A stretch of 64,000 bases of DNA from a virus: positions 3,420 through 67,419 of IMG/VR virus record IMGVR_UViG_3300028558_000027; one strand, written 5' to 3'. Shown here piece after piece: positions 19,708-29,479 of the stretch (positions are counted from its first letter, which is position 1; the number at the start of each line of letters is the position of its first letter). The position numbers and the translations under genes were made by a program. The notes below the pieces were generated by a model, which saw nothing but the letters and a program-made list of their open reading frames with translations, did not search any database and was not told where the DNA came from.

Positions 19708-20741
19708 TTACCAAGGACGACCACTTTGCGGAATTTGCCGGTGTACTGGAGCGCGAGATCGCCCGTACATCTGTCGGGGAACCTGATATCTCGTTCTACG
19801 AGCAGCAGAAAGGGCAGGTTGAAGAGCTGATTGCCCGAGAATCCGCTTTTCGTGAGGCGCTGATCGCCCACCCTCGTGGGGTCGACGTGTATCACGCGTT
19901 CATTCGTCACATCTGCGACAACCGAAAGAATATTTTGGCCGCACGGCCGTATTTTCGTGTTCGCCAAGAGACCTTCACCGCGTCGATCTCGCCTGCTCTC
20001 AAGGGACGGAACCCAGAGGGCATGTTCCCGTTCGCGTTCAACTACCTGTTCGTTGTGTTCGCGATGTCACAGCCCTGGACGGAGGCAGCCGCTGATCGAG
20101 AGCTGGTACGAATGGCTCACGTTATCACCGCCGTGAGGACCCAGCTCATTGTTCGCAACATGCCTCTCGCGATCAGCCGAGCCAGGATTTTTTGGTCACG
20201 CACTCCCGAGAGCCATCTGAGCTACATGGACTTCGTCCAGATCTCGTGTGATGGACTAATGTCTGGCATCGACAAGTTCGTGCCGCCCTTCGGGAAGGTG
20301 TTTCGGGACGTGGTCATTGGTCGAATCGTCGGCAATTTCATCGAGCAATATTCAGAGACGATGTTGCACTTCTTTCCCGCCGACAAGCGGAGGATCTACC
20401 GCGCCCACAAACATATCGGTCGTCAGCCGGACGGAGTCGACTACGACGAAGTAGCTGAGGCGGTCAACACCGATGTGGCAGTAGAGAAAAAGACAAATGC
20501 GTCTGAGATTTCAGAATTGGTCTCGGCTGCCTCGTGTGTGAGTCTAGACCTGGGAGCGACGACAAACTCGGAGCACGGATACGAGGGTATGTTGCCGTCG
20601 CAATTGGCCGTGGCTCCCGATGACACGAGGCCAGACGTACGGGCGGAGACACGAAGCTCGACACAGAAATTGGTCAGGGCGATGAACTCGCTGACTCTGG
20701 TTGAGAGAAAATTGTTGCGCCTGAGCGGTCTAGACCTCTGA
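19704..20741 (+). CDS. phage sigma70-family sigma factor
   Basis: Region 2-like LIVRNMPLAISRAR...SYMDFVQISCDGLMSGIDKF; truncated region 4 (LTLVERKLLRL). Confidence 0.8.
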   Translation: MITKDDHFAEFAGVLEREIARTSVGEPDISFYEQQKGQVEELIARESAFREALIAHPRGVDVYHAFIRHICDNRKNILAARPYFRVRQETFTASISPALKGRNPEGMFPFAFNYLFVVFAMSQPWTEAAADRELVRMAHVITAVRTQLIVRNMPLAISRARIFWSRTPESHLSYMDFVQISCDGLMSGIDKFVPPFGKVFRDVVIGRIVGNFIEQYSETMLHFFPADKRRIYRAHKHIGRQPDGVDYDEVAEAVNTDVAVEKKTNASEISELVSAASCVSLDLGATTNSEHGYEGMLPSQLAVAPDDTRPDVRAETRSSTQKLVRAMNSLTLVERKLLRLSGLDL

Positions 20742-20767
20742 AGAGTTTCGCTACTAGCTAACTCGTA

Positions 20768-21046
20768 ATGATCACGACTAACAGACTCATTGGGTGCTCG
20801 CCTTTTGCCACCAAAGCTGTCAAGGCTGAGGTGAAGAACGGTCTAGCGTTGGTTCAGCAAAAGACGACGCTGACGCCTCTCACGGTTCTCTTTGCTGACG
20901 ACCTGGCGACAGTGAAGGTGGGCGAGACAATTTACGTTCGTGGAGACACGGTTGCTCTGCAGTGGGCGAAGCACGAGTACGAGATCGATGGTGTGAAGTT
21001 CGTGCTCGTCCCCATCAGCGACATTCTTCTGATTAAGGGGGGTTAG
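20768..21046 (+). CDS. groES: GroES-like co-chaperonin
   Basis: 92 aa; VKVGETIYV...YEIDGVKFVLVPISDILLI matches the GroES C-terminal pattern. Confidence 0.75.
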   Translation: MITTNRLIGCSPFATKAVKAEVKNGLALVQQKTTLTPLTVLFADDLATVKVGETIYVRGDTVALQWAKHEYEIDGVKFVLVPISDILLIKGG

Positions 21047-21048
21047 GA

Positions 21049-21672
21049 ATGATGAGTGACGGGCTGCATCTAAAACGATGTAAGTCGACCTTCTGCACGG
21101 AACAACCGGTCGGAGAGTTCTATAAGAAGGCTGATTCTAAAGACGGATATACATCAAAGTGTAAGACGTGTATCCGTCTCCGCAGTAAGAAGTGGCGAGA
21201 TGCGAATTTAGAGCGTGCCAATAAGGTTCACGCTGAGTGGTATGCGGCGAATGGAGAGATTGCGAAGGCGTCCCGAGTTCGTTGGGCCAAGGCGAATCCT
21301 GAAAAGGTACGTGAGGCGGTTAGAAAGTGGAACGATTCTAACCCGGACGTACTGTTGAGGATCGGTCGGAGGTGGGAGAAGGCTAATAAGCTCCAAAGGC
21401 AGGTCTCGGGACGGGCGTTTAAGCTAAAGAAATATAACCTTACGCCATCTCAATATGACGCGCTACTCGACGCACAGGATGGGCGTTGTGCGATTTGTGG
21501 AAGTGATAGTCCTGGGAGGGGACATGCGCATTTTAGTGTTGACCACTGTCACAAGAGTGGGCGAGTAAGAGGTTTGTTGTGTGGTAATTGTAACGTTGGA
21601 ATCGGATTGTTGGGCGACTGTGCGGAGAGGGTGACGGCTGCCGTCCGGTACCTTGAGGGCGTGAAACTATGA
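21049..21672 (+). CDS. Endonuclease VII-family homing endonuclease
   Basis: CAIC...VDHCH...RGLLCGNCNVGIG; paralogue of 3767-4285. Confidence 0.9.
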   Translation: MMSDGLHLKRCKSTFCTEQPVGEFYKKADSKDGYTSKCKTCIRLRSKKWRDANLERANKVHAEWYAANGEIAKASRVRWAKANPEKVREAVRKWNDSNPDVLLRIGRRWEKANKLQRQVSGRAFKLKKYNLTPSQYDALLDAQDGRCAICGSDSPGRGHAHFSVDHCHKSGRVRGLLCGNCNVGIGLLGDCAERVTAAVRYLEGVKL

Positions 21673-22637
21673 GAATAGTGTTGGTTGGTGATTGCCACGC
21701 TGTACCGGAGGAGCTGGACGACTGCCGGGCGTTAATGCGATTGGTCGAGAAGGTTGCGTCAGACAACGAAGCCGAGGTCCTGTTCCTAGGAGACCAGTTT
21801 CATACTCACGCTGTGATTCGAAGTGAGGTCATGTGGTTCTGGCGAGAGAGTTTTTCCAAACTGCTGGCTAACGGGATCAAAATCACAGCCCTGGTAGGCA
21901 ATCACGATTTTAGCGGCGCTTACTCGCAGATCCATGCGATGGCGTCATGCGCTGACTTGGTCAGTGTGGTTGATCGACCGGTTGAGAGGGGTGGAGTGTT
22001 ACTGCTGCCGTATACCGACGACCATGAAGTATTCGTAAAGGAGGCTCGCAAGTCAGAGAAGACCACTCTTATTTGTCATCAAACCTTCACTGGTTCGAAG
22101 TACGAAAACGGTATGTACGCTCCAGACGGACTCGATCCGGAGCTGATTCCTCAGACGACAATTATATCTGGGCATATTCATAGCCCGCAGGTATTTGGGA
22201 AAGTGGTTTATATTGGTGCGCCTCGATGGCGTACCCTGTCGGACGCTAACGTCGAGCGCGCGATCTGGCTCTACGACTTCAACGATGACGGTTCTGTGTT
22301 GTCGAAGCGGTCGTTCGATACAGGTACGGCCTGTCGCAAGATCAGTTACCTCGTAGACACGCAGGAGAATCCGATTCCGGTGGATGACCTCGATTGGACG
22401 ATGGATCATCGTATCGACATCCGCGGCGATTCCGCGTGGGTTGAGGCCAGGAAGGCGTTGTTCAGTCGGCCAGGGGTGAAGGTGCGGGTCTTCCGAAACG
22501 ACGCTCCTACGTCAGCTGTGCGCGAATCAGAAGGCGTTGCCGTGGCGTTCTCTCGTTACGTGAAGACGTACACGCCTCGTTTCGGGACGGCGACTGAAAC
22601 TCTCGAAGCAATGGCCAAGGAGAGGCTCTATGTCTGA
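21669..22637 (+). CDS. sbcD: SbcD/Mre11 (gp47-like) nuclease
   Basis: GDCH, LGDQFH, GNHD, SGHIH and YIGAP motifs. Confidence 0.85.
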   Translation: MRIVLVGDCHAVPEELDDCRALMRLVEKVASDNEAEVLFLGDQFHTHAVIRSEVMWFWRESFSKLLANGIKITALVGNHDFSGAYSQIHAMASCADLVSVVDRPVERGGVLLLPYTDDHEVFVKEARKSEKTTLICHQTFTGSKYENGMYAPDGLDPELIPQTTIISGHIHSPQVFGKVVYIGAPRWRTLSDANVERAIWLYDFNDDGSVLSKRSFDTGTACRKISYLVDTQENPIPVDDLDWTMDHRIDIRGDSAWVEARKALFSRPGVKVRVFRNDAPTSAVRESEGVAVAFSRYVKTYTPRFGTATETLEAMAKERLYV

Positions 22638-23037
22638 TGCAGCAGAGAAATGGGCCCAACTGCTCGCTCTCAGGTCTTTGACGAAGACCATCGGGGCGCT
22701 TCACGAAGCCCAGCTCCTCCAGTTGCGCTATTGGCCCAGGCTGGCTCTTCCCCACTCGACGGCGTGCGAGGCGAGGGTGGACCTGCCCGGCAAGACCGTC
22801 ACCTTCATCGCGACCTTGGGCAAAAGCAAGCCTCCTGCCGACCTGGTTGCCCGGCTGGAGGGGTTGAATAGGTCGGTCAAGGACCTCTTAGACCCAGAAT
22901 TTGCGGTGATTGTCGAAACCAAGGACGGGAAGACAATCTTCGACAGTGGCGGACTCTCGGATGGGACCAAACCTACCGTCGTCGTAACGCCAAAGCCGAA
23001 GCGAAAGAAGAAGAAAGCAAAGCGTGCCCGCAGGTAG
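22630..23037 (+). CDS. hypothetical protein with basic C-terminus
   Basis: 135-aa ORF overlapping both neighbours. Confidence 0.7.
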   Translation: MSDAAEKWAQLLALRSLTKTIGALHEAQLLQLRYWPRLALPHSTACEARVDLPGKTVTFIATLGKSKPPADLVARLEGLNRSVKDLLDPEFAVIVETKDGKTIFDSGGLSDGTKPTVVVTPKPKRKKKKAKRARR

Positions 23038-23632
23038 AGAGCTGACCGTTGAAGAGTCGGCGTTAGCTAAAATCCTGTCCTCCCTCTCCGATAGAGAGGC
23101 TGGGGCATATCGCTATTTTCTGCGTGCCAAGCAGCCAGAGCTGGCTGCGGAACTGTCTGACGAGCTATTCGTGCTCTTTTGTCAGGGGCGCGACTGCGAC
23201 GAGATCCGAAAGGTCAAGCCAGGTCTTGGCCTGGGCCCTATCGTACACGCTCGAATCAGGGACAAGTGGGACGAGAGGCTGGCGGAATATCAGCGCGGCC
23301 TGGTCCAGAAGGTTCCTGTGTTGGTTCAACAGACGCAGCTGGAATCGGCCGAGTTTCTGACCAGTGTAATGGCTGCGGGTCACATGTTGGTGCAGAAGCA
23401 GATTGACGACTTCATGGCTACCGGCAACAAGGACCATCTGAAGGGCACGTTTCTGGAGAACATGACGCTCGGGCAATATCAAAAAGTGCTGGAGATGCTC
23501 ATGAAAGTCACCGGGCAGGACAGCAAGAAAACGATCAATCACACGGGCGGAATCACGATTGCACCAGCGAAGCGCGTGAGCGGGGCTGATGCTGCGGCAA
23601 TCCTTGATGCGTTGGAGTTGCCGGCGAAGTGA
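23024..23632 (+). CDS. putative terminase small subunit
   Basis: Helical protein overlapping the start of the large terminase; assignment is positional. Confidence 0.55.
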   Translation: MPAGRELTVEESALAKILSSLSDREAGAYRYFLRAKQPELAAELSDELFVLFCQGRDCDEIRKVKPGLGLGPIVHARIRDKWDERLAEYQRGLVQKVPVLVQQTQLESAEFLTSVMAAGHMLVQKQIDDFMATGNKDHLKGTFLENMTLGQYQKVLEMLMKVTGQDSKKTINHTGGITIAPAKRVSGADAAAILDALELPAK

Positions 23633-25527
23633 CAGTCGAAGAGCCCCAGCAATCTGACGACGACCTGAAGCGAAGCGTACTGTTCGTCCCCTGCACGAGC
23701 AAGCGACATCTCCATAGGTGGATCGAGATGTTTTTGGGGCTCGACATTCCGGATTGCATCGTGGATCCGGAGTCGACGTCATCGCCGATGGACATGATTT
23801 ACGAGATCTACTCCAAGGCCCTCGCCAATGACGACGAGACCTTCAGCCGGGTGCTCTACTACGCGGCACGAGATTCGTTCAAGACTATCGCGGCTTCGAT
23901 CATCGAGGTGCTGAGCGTTCTCCACTTGGGGCGCTCCGTCGCGCACATGGCGGCTATCGAGATTCAGAGCCAGAAGTGCGCTCAGTACGTCAAGGATTGG
24001 CTCGGCAAACCGTTCATCAGAGAGTACCTCGTTGGCAACAACAAGGAAATTATCTGGGTGGTCCGGTATGAACATAAAGAGACCGGCCAGAACATCAACC
24101 TGGACACCTTCCAGAAGCTGAGCGAGTCCGACAAGAACCAGTACAAAGAGATCAAGCACTACATCACGATCGTCGTCTGTACGATGGCGGGCGCCAACGG
24201 TGCTCACACGCCTCTGTTCGTCGTCGACGAGGTTGACGTCGTAAGGGATCCGAAAGCCTACGAAGAGTCGAAGTTTATCCCGGCTCCGTACGAAGGCAAA
24301 ATGCCGATTACCGTCCTTACCTCCAGTCGAAAGTTCGCTATTGGGCTGGTTCAGAAGGAGATCGACAAAGCGGCCACGTCTGGCCTCCACATCCGGCACT
24401 GGAACATCATCGACGTAACGGCTGCGTGCCCTCCGTCCAGACACCTGCCGCTTGCTGACAAGATCCCTATCTACGTCAATGACGACGAGATTAGCGCGAT
24501 CAGCGAGGAAGCCTTCGCCAAGCTTGGATCTGAAGAGCAACAGAAGTACGTCAAGACTGAGGGGTATGGAGGCTGCCTCAAGAACTGCCAGCTGTTCGCC
24601 AGCTGCAAGGGCAATCTGGCCACCAGGCAGCTCTCTAAGTCGAGCCTGCTGAGGCCTATTTCTCACACGACCAACCAGTTCAAGACGGCGTCTCTGCCAT
24701 CGGCGATAGCTCAGCTTCTCTGTCGGAAACCGTCTACCGAGGGGATGATTTATCCGAATTTCAGCCGTGAGGTTCACATGCTCACGCCGGCTGAAATGGC
24801 GGAGAGAATCACCGGCGACCCCCATGATGAAAATCTGACGAAGGAACAGCTCATTCAGATCATGAAGGGCTTGGACCTGAAGTGGAACTCGGGCATGGAT
24901 TTCGGGTACACGCACAATTTTGCTGTCGTGACGGGGGCGAACGATGGCTACCGCCTCTTCGTGGTGAACGTGATTGAGAAGCCTGGCCTGGAGCCGTCTG
25001 ACATCGTCGATGAGTGCGAAAAAAATCTCAGAGACCTGGCTCCTAACATTTTTGGCGATCCCGAGAATCCTCAGATGGTCAAGGTACTCCACAAGCATGG
25101 GTTCAACATGCGGAAGTGGAAGAAGACGCCTGGCTCGGTTGTCGGTGGTATCGACACTGTTCGAATGAAATTGCGCCCCACGATGGGCGAGCCTCAGATT
25201 TTCATCCTCAAGGGTGACGAGATGTGTGAGGTCCTGGCCACGCGGTTGGCGAATTACCACTGGAAGCTCGATGCGGCCGGAAATCTCACGAATGTTCCGG
25301 ACGAGGAAGAGGACGACCTCTGCGACGCGATCCGCTACCTGGTAATGAACGTGTTCGGCATCAAGGGGAAGATCTCAGTTCCCAAGGAGACCGACGCTAA
25401 GCAGGCTCAGCCAAAGGGATATACGTTCGAAAATTGGATGGCCAAGACCATCCAGGAGCATGTCGGAGATGCGGTAGCCCAAACCCCTTTGAAGGGGAAG
25501 TCCGGCAACTTCAAATTCGACATGTAG
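23629..25527 (+). CDS. terL: terminase large subunit
   Basis: ARDSFKT Walker A, VVDE Walker B, GMDFG and DDLCDAIRY nuclease motifs. Confidence 0.92.
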   Translation: MTVEEPQQSDDDLKRSVLFVPCTSKRHLHRWIEMFLGLDIPDCIVDPESTSSPMDMIYEIYSKALANDDETFSRVLYYAARDSFKTIAASIIEVLSVLHLGRSVAHMAAIEIQSQKCAQYVKDWLGKPFIREYLVGNNKEIIWVVRYEHKETGQNINLDTFQKLSESDKNQYKEIKHYITIVVCTMAGANGAHTPLFVVDEVDVVRDPKAYEESKFIPAPYEGKMPITVLTSSRKFAIGLVQKEIDKAATSGLHIRHWNIIDVTAACPPSRHLPLADKIPIYVNDDEISAISEEAFAKLGSEEQQKYVKTEGYGGCLKNCQLFASCKGNLATRQLSKSSLLRPISHTTNQFKTASLPSAIAQLLCRKPSTEGMIYPNFSREVHMLTPAEMAERITGDPHDENLTKEQLIQIMKGLDLKWNSGMDFGYTHNFAVVTGANDGYRLFVVNVIEKPGLEPSDIVDECEKNLRDLAPNIFGDPENPQMVKVLHKHGFNMRKWKKTPGSVVGGIDTVRMKLRPTMGEPQIFILKGDEMCEVLATRLANYHWKLDAAGNLTNVPDEEEDDLCDAIRYLVMNVFGIKGKISVPKETDAKQAQPKGYTFENWMAKTIQEHVGDAVAQTPLKGKSGNFKFDM

Positions 25528-25544
25528 CCGCAATCTTAGAGGCG

Positions 25545-26525
25545 ATGTCCACCCTTACCGTCATTTCGTCTGCTGTAGCCTATAACGACGACGCAGCTAG
25601 CAGCAACCCTACCCAGTTGCCAATTAATTGGCGGCGCACGAACGTCGGTGTGCCGGTAGATGTGCCCGAGACGACACCCTTCAGAGTCGTTCCTCTTGGA
25701 ACAGCTACTCTGATTAACGGTAGCAGGACGACGACGATCGATGGAACGACGGCGTTTAGCGTGGCCACTAGTGCTCTCGAATCCACGCGCTATCGGATCA
25801 CGGCGACCGGAGGCACAGCACCGGGCTTTCGCACGAACCGCAACCTGGCTTGCAACAATATTGCCCTGACCCTGACCGTCAACTCGAACCTGTCGATGTC
25901 GGTCGCAGCGGGAACGGGCACTCCCTTCAGCGCCGTCCAGGTCGGTGATGTCGTATTCATTCCCGGTACATCTACCGGTGATCCGGCGAGCCCGTTCAAC
26001 CCGCTGAACGAGGGGTATTGGACAGTGTTGTCCTCCGGAAGCGCCTTGATGACTCTGGCAAGGGACCCGTCGGTGGTATTCGCCGGTGCATCTCAGGTGG
26101 TTACCCCTTCCGGGAACTCTTTCATTCAGGCGTTCTCTTCGGACGGCGTCCAGGTCGGAGACACGGTGGAGATCGCGTCTGGATTCGCTGCCCCGGCACT
26201 TCATTCGTATGGAGTCGTGGCGGTCAATCCTCTGTGGGTTGAGTTCGAGAGTACTTCCCCACTGGGAAGCCAGACGGGAATCACCCCCGGCGCCTCTGGC
26301 TTGCTTTTTTACACAGCCTCGAAGCGGTGGCTGCGTATCGAGGCTGACCAAGAGTGCGTGCTTCGCCTGAATGGTGACTCGGGTAACAGCGTTCGTCTCG
26401 AACCCATCATCGCCGGTGACAGGGCGAACGTTGGATGGTTCGAAATCTTCGGATCGGTGTGGCAATTGGTTGTCGTTAACCGTTCCACAGGGGTTCTGAA
26501 CGTCACGATGTTGGCGGCCGAGTAA
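25545..26525 (+). CDS. virion structural protein, beta-rich
   Basis: Starts MSTLTV just after a CGCAATCTT motif; Thr/Ser/Gly-rich; between terminase and portal. Confidence 0.7.
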   Translation: MSTLTVISSAVAYNDDAASSNPTQLPINWRRTNVGVPVDVPETTPFRVVPLGTATLINGSRTTTIDGTTAFSVATSALESTRYRITATGGTAPGFRTNRNLACNNIALTLTVNSNLSMSVAAGTGTPFSAVQVGDVVFIPGTSTGDPASPFNPLNEGYWTVLSSGSALMTLARDPSVVFAGASQVVTPSGNSFIQAFSSDGVQVGDTVEIASGFAAPALHSYGVVAVNPLWVEFESTSPLGSQTGITPGASGLLFYTASKRWLRIEADQECVLRLNGDSGNSVRLEPIIAGDRANVGWFEIFGSVWQLVVVNRSTGVLNVTMLAAE

Positions 26526-28705
26526 TGGCGACGCCCAAGGTCATCAATATGAAGCCGGCGCCTCTGGCGAAGACCGCCAGGGATCTGGTTGTGTCCAAAT
26601 ATGCGAGTGACGATGTGCCGCGGAACCGTCGGCAGGTCATCTTTATCGCGGACGAGGTAGAGAAGCAGGAGCCGGAAGAGACCGTCAAGCAAGAAAGTAC
26701 GGAGATTTCGAGCCTTTCGAAGTCGATTATTAATCACCTGAACGGCCCCAAGGGTTCCATCGAGCGATTGGCGTTTGAGGTCGATCCTACTGATAGTAAA
26801 TTTGCCTGCCTCTATGAGCAGAAGCTGAGGCTTCTCCCGGACGACGTTCTAAAGAGGGTGGCGATCCAGGATGATTTGGTGGCCAGCATCGCCATGGTGC
26901 GGTCGAATCAGACCTCCGCTCATGGAGAGCCTAGGGCAGAGCGTTTTGCGACCGGCTTCGTCCTCGAACCGAATCCTGGTGTAGTGGACCGTCTGACGCC
27001 GGCAGAAAAGGCGGAGCTGGACACTCAGATCGCAAAGGCCGTCAAAAAGTTTGCGACCTGCGGTTCGACGAAAGGATGGGACGACGAGGACAAATGCTCT
27101 CTCGCGACCTGGCTTTCGATGTCTACGCGAAACGCGATCATCAACGGCAAGATCGCGACCGAAATTATTTGGGCTCAAGATGCCGCCGGGAACGACGTGT
27201 TTCACTCATTCCGGGCCATCGACGCCGGCACTATTTACAGAGCCGCTAAGCAACAGGCTCAGGCAGAGTCGGTTCGTGAGACCGCCCTGAGACTGCTTGA
27301 GCAGATCAAGAATAAAGAGCTTGAACCAGAAAAATACAAGCAGGACCAGTACTCCTGGGTTCAGGTTATCAACGGGACTCCGAGACAGGCCTTCACGTCG
27401 AAGGAATGCGTTGTCTACAACTTCTATCCCGTAACCGACGTCGAGCTGAACGGATATCCGGTCACGCCGATCGATACGATGATGAGTGCGGTCACGACGC
27501 ACATCAACATCACGGCCCATAACCGAGTGTATTTCCAGACGGGCCGGGCGACCCGCGGGATGCTCGTCATCCAGAGCGACGACGTCGATGAGTCGGTGAT
27601 CGGGCGCATCAAGCAGCAGTTCAACGCGTCCATCAACAGCGTCCAGAACGCGTGGCGCATGCCGGTGTTTGGGGTCGGTAAAGAAGACTCCGTCTCGTGG
27701 TCCTCGATCGATAGCGGCGCGAGAGACATGGAGTTTCAGTACCTAACCGATATGAACGCACGCGTTATCTTTTCTGCGTTCCAGATGTCCCCCGAAGAGG
27801 TGCCCGGATGGGCATATCTTTCGAAGGGTACAAACAACCAGGCCCTGTCGGAGTCGAATAACGAGTACAAACTTGAGGCGGCTCGTGACGTTGGTATCCG
27901 TCCTCTTCTTACGAAGTTCCAGGATTTTCTCAACAGCTCCATTTTCCCGCTGATCGACGCCAAGCTGGCGGAGGTGTGTAAGTTCAAGTTCGTCGGATTA
28001 GACGCAGACACGCCTGAGAAAGAGTCCGTCCGTCTGCAACAAGATATACCCGTTCACATGACCTACGACCAGGTCATGCGAAAGGTCGAGAAACAGCCAA
28101 TCGGTAAGGAATTCGGCGGAGAGTTTCCTCTTCAGCCCCAGATCGGCGCTATCCTGGACGCTCATTTCACCGTTGGGGAAATCGAGGAACATTTCATGGG
28201 TAGAGTGGGGGCGTCCCAAGACCCGGCTCTCGCCTACCGACGAGATCAGTTCTGGTTCTCGTTTCAACAGCTTCAGCAGCAAGCACAGCAGGCGCAAATG
28301 CAGCAACAGCAGGCTGCTCAGCAGGCTCAGCAAGGGGGAGGGGACCCGAATTCGTCTCAGACTGAGCCGGCAGGCGTGTCGGATGAGCAGTCGCCTGGCG
28401 GCGCGGCCCCAGGTGGAGATGACAAGACGAAGCAGCAGCAGTCCGACCAGGCTGTTCAGGCGAACGCCGAAGGTAAGGGAAACGTCGACGGGACGGACAC
28501 TACGGATCTGACTCGTTCGCTCGATCAGGCGATTGGAGTGTTGACGAAGTCTGAGGACCAGTTGCCTCCGTCGAAACGCCGGATTTTAGCTCATCACAAG
28601 ATGACCATTAAGCAGGCATTGGACGGCTGGGAGACTGACCTGATGGCGACGACCAAGGAGATCTTGGCAATCGCTGAACACCACTCTCCCGCTAAGGGGA
28701 AGTAA
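26525..28705 (+). CDS. portal protein
   Basis: YFQTGRATRGML, DMEFQ, FQMSPEEVPG and GIRPLL portal motifs; Gln-rich C-terminal extension. Confidence 0.9.
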   Translation: MATPKVINMKPAPLAKTARDLVVSKYASDDVPRNRRQVIFIADEVEKQEPEETVKQESTEISSLSKSIINHLNGPKGSIERLAFEVDPTDSKFACLYEQKLRLLPDDVLKRVAIQDDLVASIAMVRSNQTSAHGEPRAERFATGFVLEPNPGVVDRLTPAEKAELDTQIAKAVKKFATCGSTKGWDDEDKCSLATWLSMSTRNAIINGKIATEIIWAQDAAGNDVFHSFRAIDAGTIYRAAKQQAQAESVRETALRLLEQIKNKELEPEKYKQDQYSWVQVINGTPRQAFTSKECVVYNFYPVTDVELNGYPVTPIDTMMSAVTTHINITAHNRVYFQTGRATRGMLVIQSDDVDESVIGRIKQQFNASINSVQNAWRMPVFGVGKEDSVSWSSIDSGARDMEFQYLTDMNARVIFSAFQMSPEEVPGWAYLSKGTNNQALSESNNEYKLEAARDVGIRPLLTKFQDFLNSSIFPLIDAKLAEVCKFKFVGLDADTPEKESVRLQQDIPVHMTYDQVMRKVEKQPIGKEFGGEFPLQPQIGAILDAHFTVGEIEEHFMGRVGASQDPALAYRRDQFWFSFQQLQQQAQQAQMQQQQAAQQAQQGGGDPNSSQTEPAGVSDEQSPGGAAPGGDDKTKQQQSDQAVQANAEGKGNVDGTDTTDLTRSLDQAIGVLTKSEDQLPPSKRRILAHHKMTIKQALDGWETDLMATTKEILAIAEHHSPAKGK

Positions 28706-29479
28706 GTGGGTGCTATCATCCTGGGCCAGAAAGCCAGGAAAGCGATTGGCCTGGCGGTGGATAAATTATTTGACCGTGTGAAGGCGCGCTATCTTGGTCC
28801 GTCGTCTATCCAAGGGCGTAGCGACAAGCAGATCAAGATCGGCTATGTCCCCCAACTCACTCTCCAGGGGCTCTATGAGACTGCCGCGCGCGAGGAGTAT
28901 ACGAGGCCGGATCCACAGTCGGTGCAGCACCTAGCGGACATGGCGAGCGGGTATCTAGACCTGGCTCGTGACAAGGCGAAGCTGAAAGCCGTCCACGCTG
29001 TTGAGTCGTGTCTTCGCGATGCCGACGCTTCTGGCGTCAAAACAGACCTTGAGACGGTTCTTGGCGGTCACCTGGCTGACGTATGGGCTTCTGCGGCGAC
29101 CGAGGTGAAGAAGATCGTAGACACCGAAGCTACGAAGGCGAGAAACCTCGGGACCCTTGAGGGGATCACAAAGGTGAACGCGGCGAGCGGCATCGAGGAC
29201 CCCGTCGTTTTCTTTGTGACCGTGAGAGACAGTGATCGGTGCGAGGAATGCACCAAGATCCACTTGCTCCCGGACGAGGTTACGCCGAGGGTGTGGTACC
29301 TGAGCGAGGTCCAGGCCGGCTACCACGAGCGCGGAGTCGACAAGCCGTGTCTCGGAGGGCTGCATCCTAGCTGCCGCTGTAGCCTCGTGACGCTCATGCC
29401 TGGGTACGGGTTCGACAAGGCCGGTCTCGTGACCTACCGTGGGCAGGGGCACAACGAGATGGCGGCTCAGCGCGGATAA
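28706..29479 (+). CDS. MuF/SPP1 gp7-like head morphogenesis protein
   Basis: RCEEC and LHPSCRC motifs; follows the portal gene. Confidence 0.8.
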   Translation: MGAIILGQKARKAIGLAVDKLFDRVKARYLGPSSIQGRSDKQIKIGYVPQLTLQGLYETAAREEYTRPDPQSVQHLADMASGYLDLARDKAKLKAVHAVESCLRDADASGVKTDLETVLGGHLADVWASAATEVKKIVDTEATKARNLGTLEGITKVNAASGIEDPVVFFVTVRDSDRCEECTKIHLLPDEVTPRVWYLSEVQAGYHERGVDKPCLGGLHPSCRCSLVTLMPGYGFDKAGLVTYRGQGHNEMAAQRG

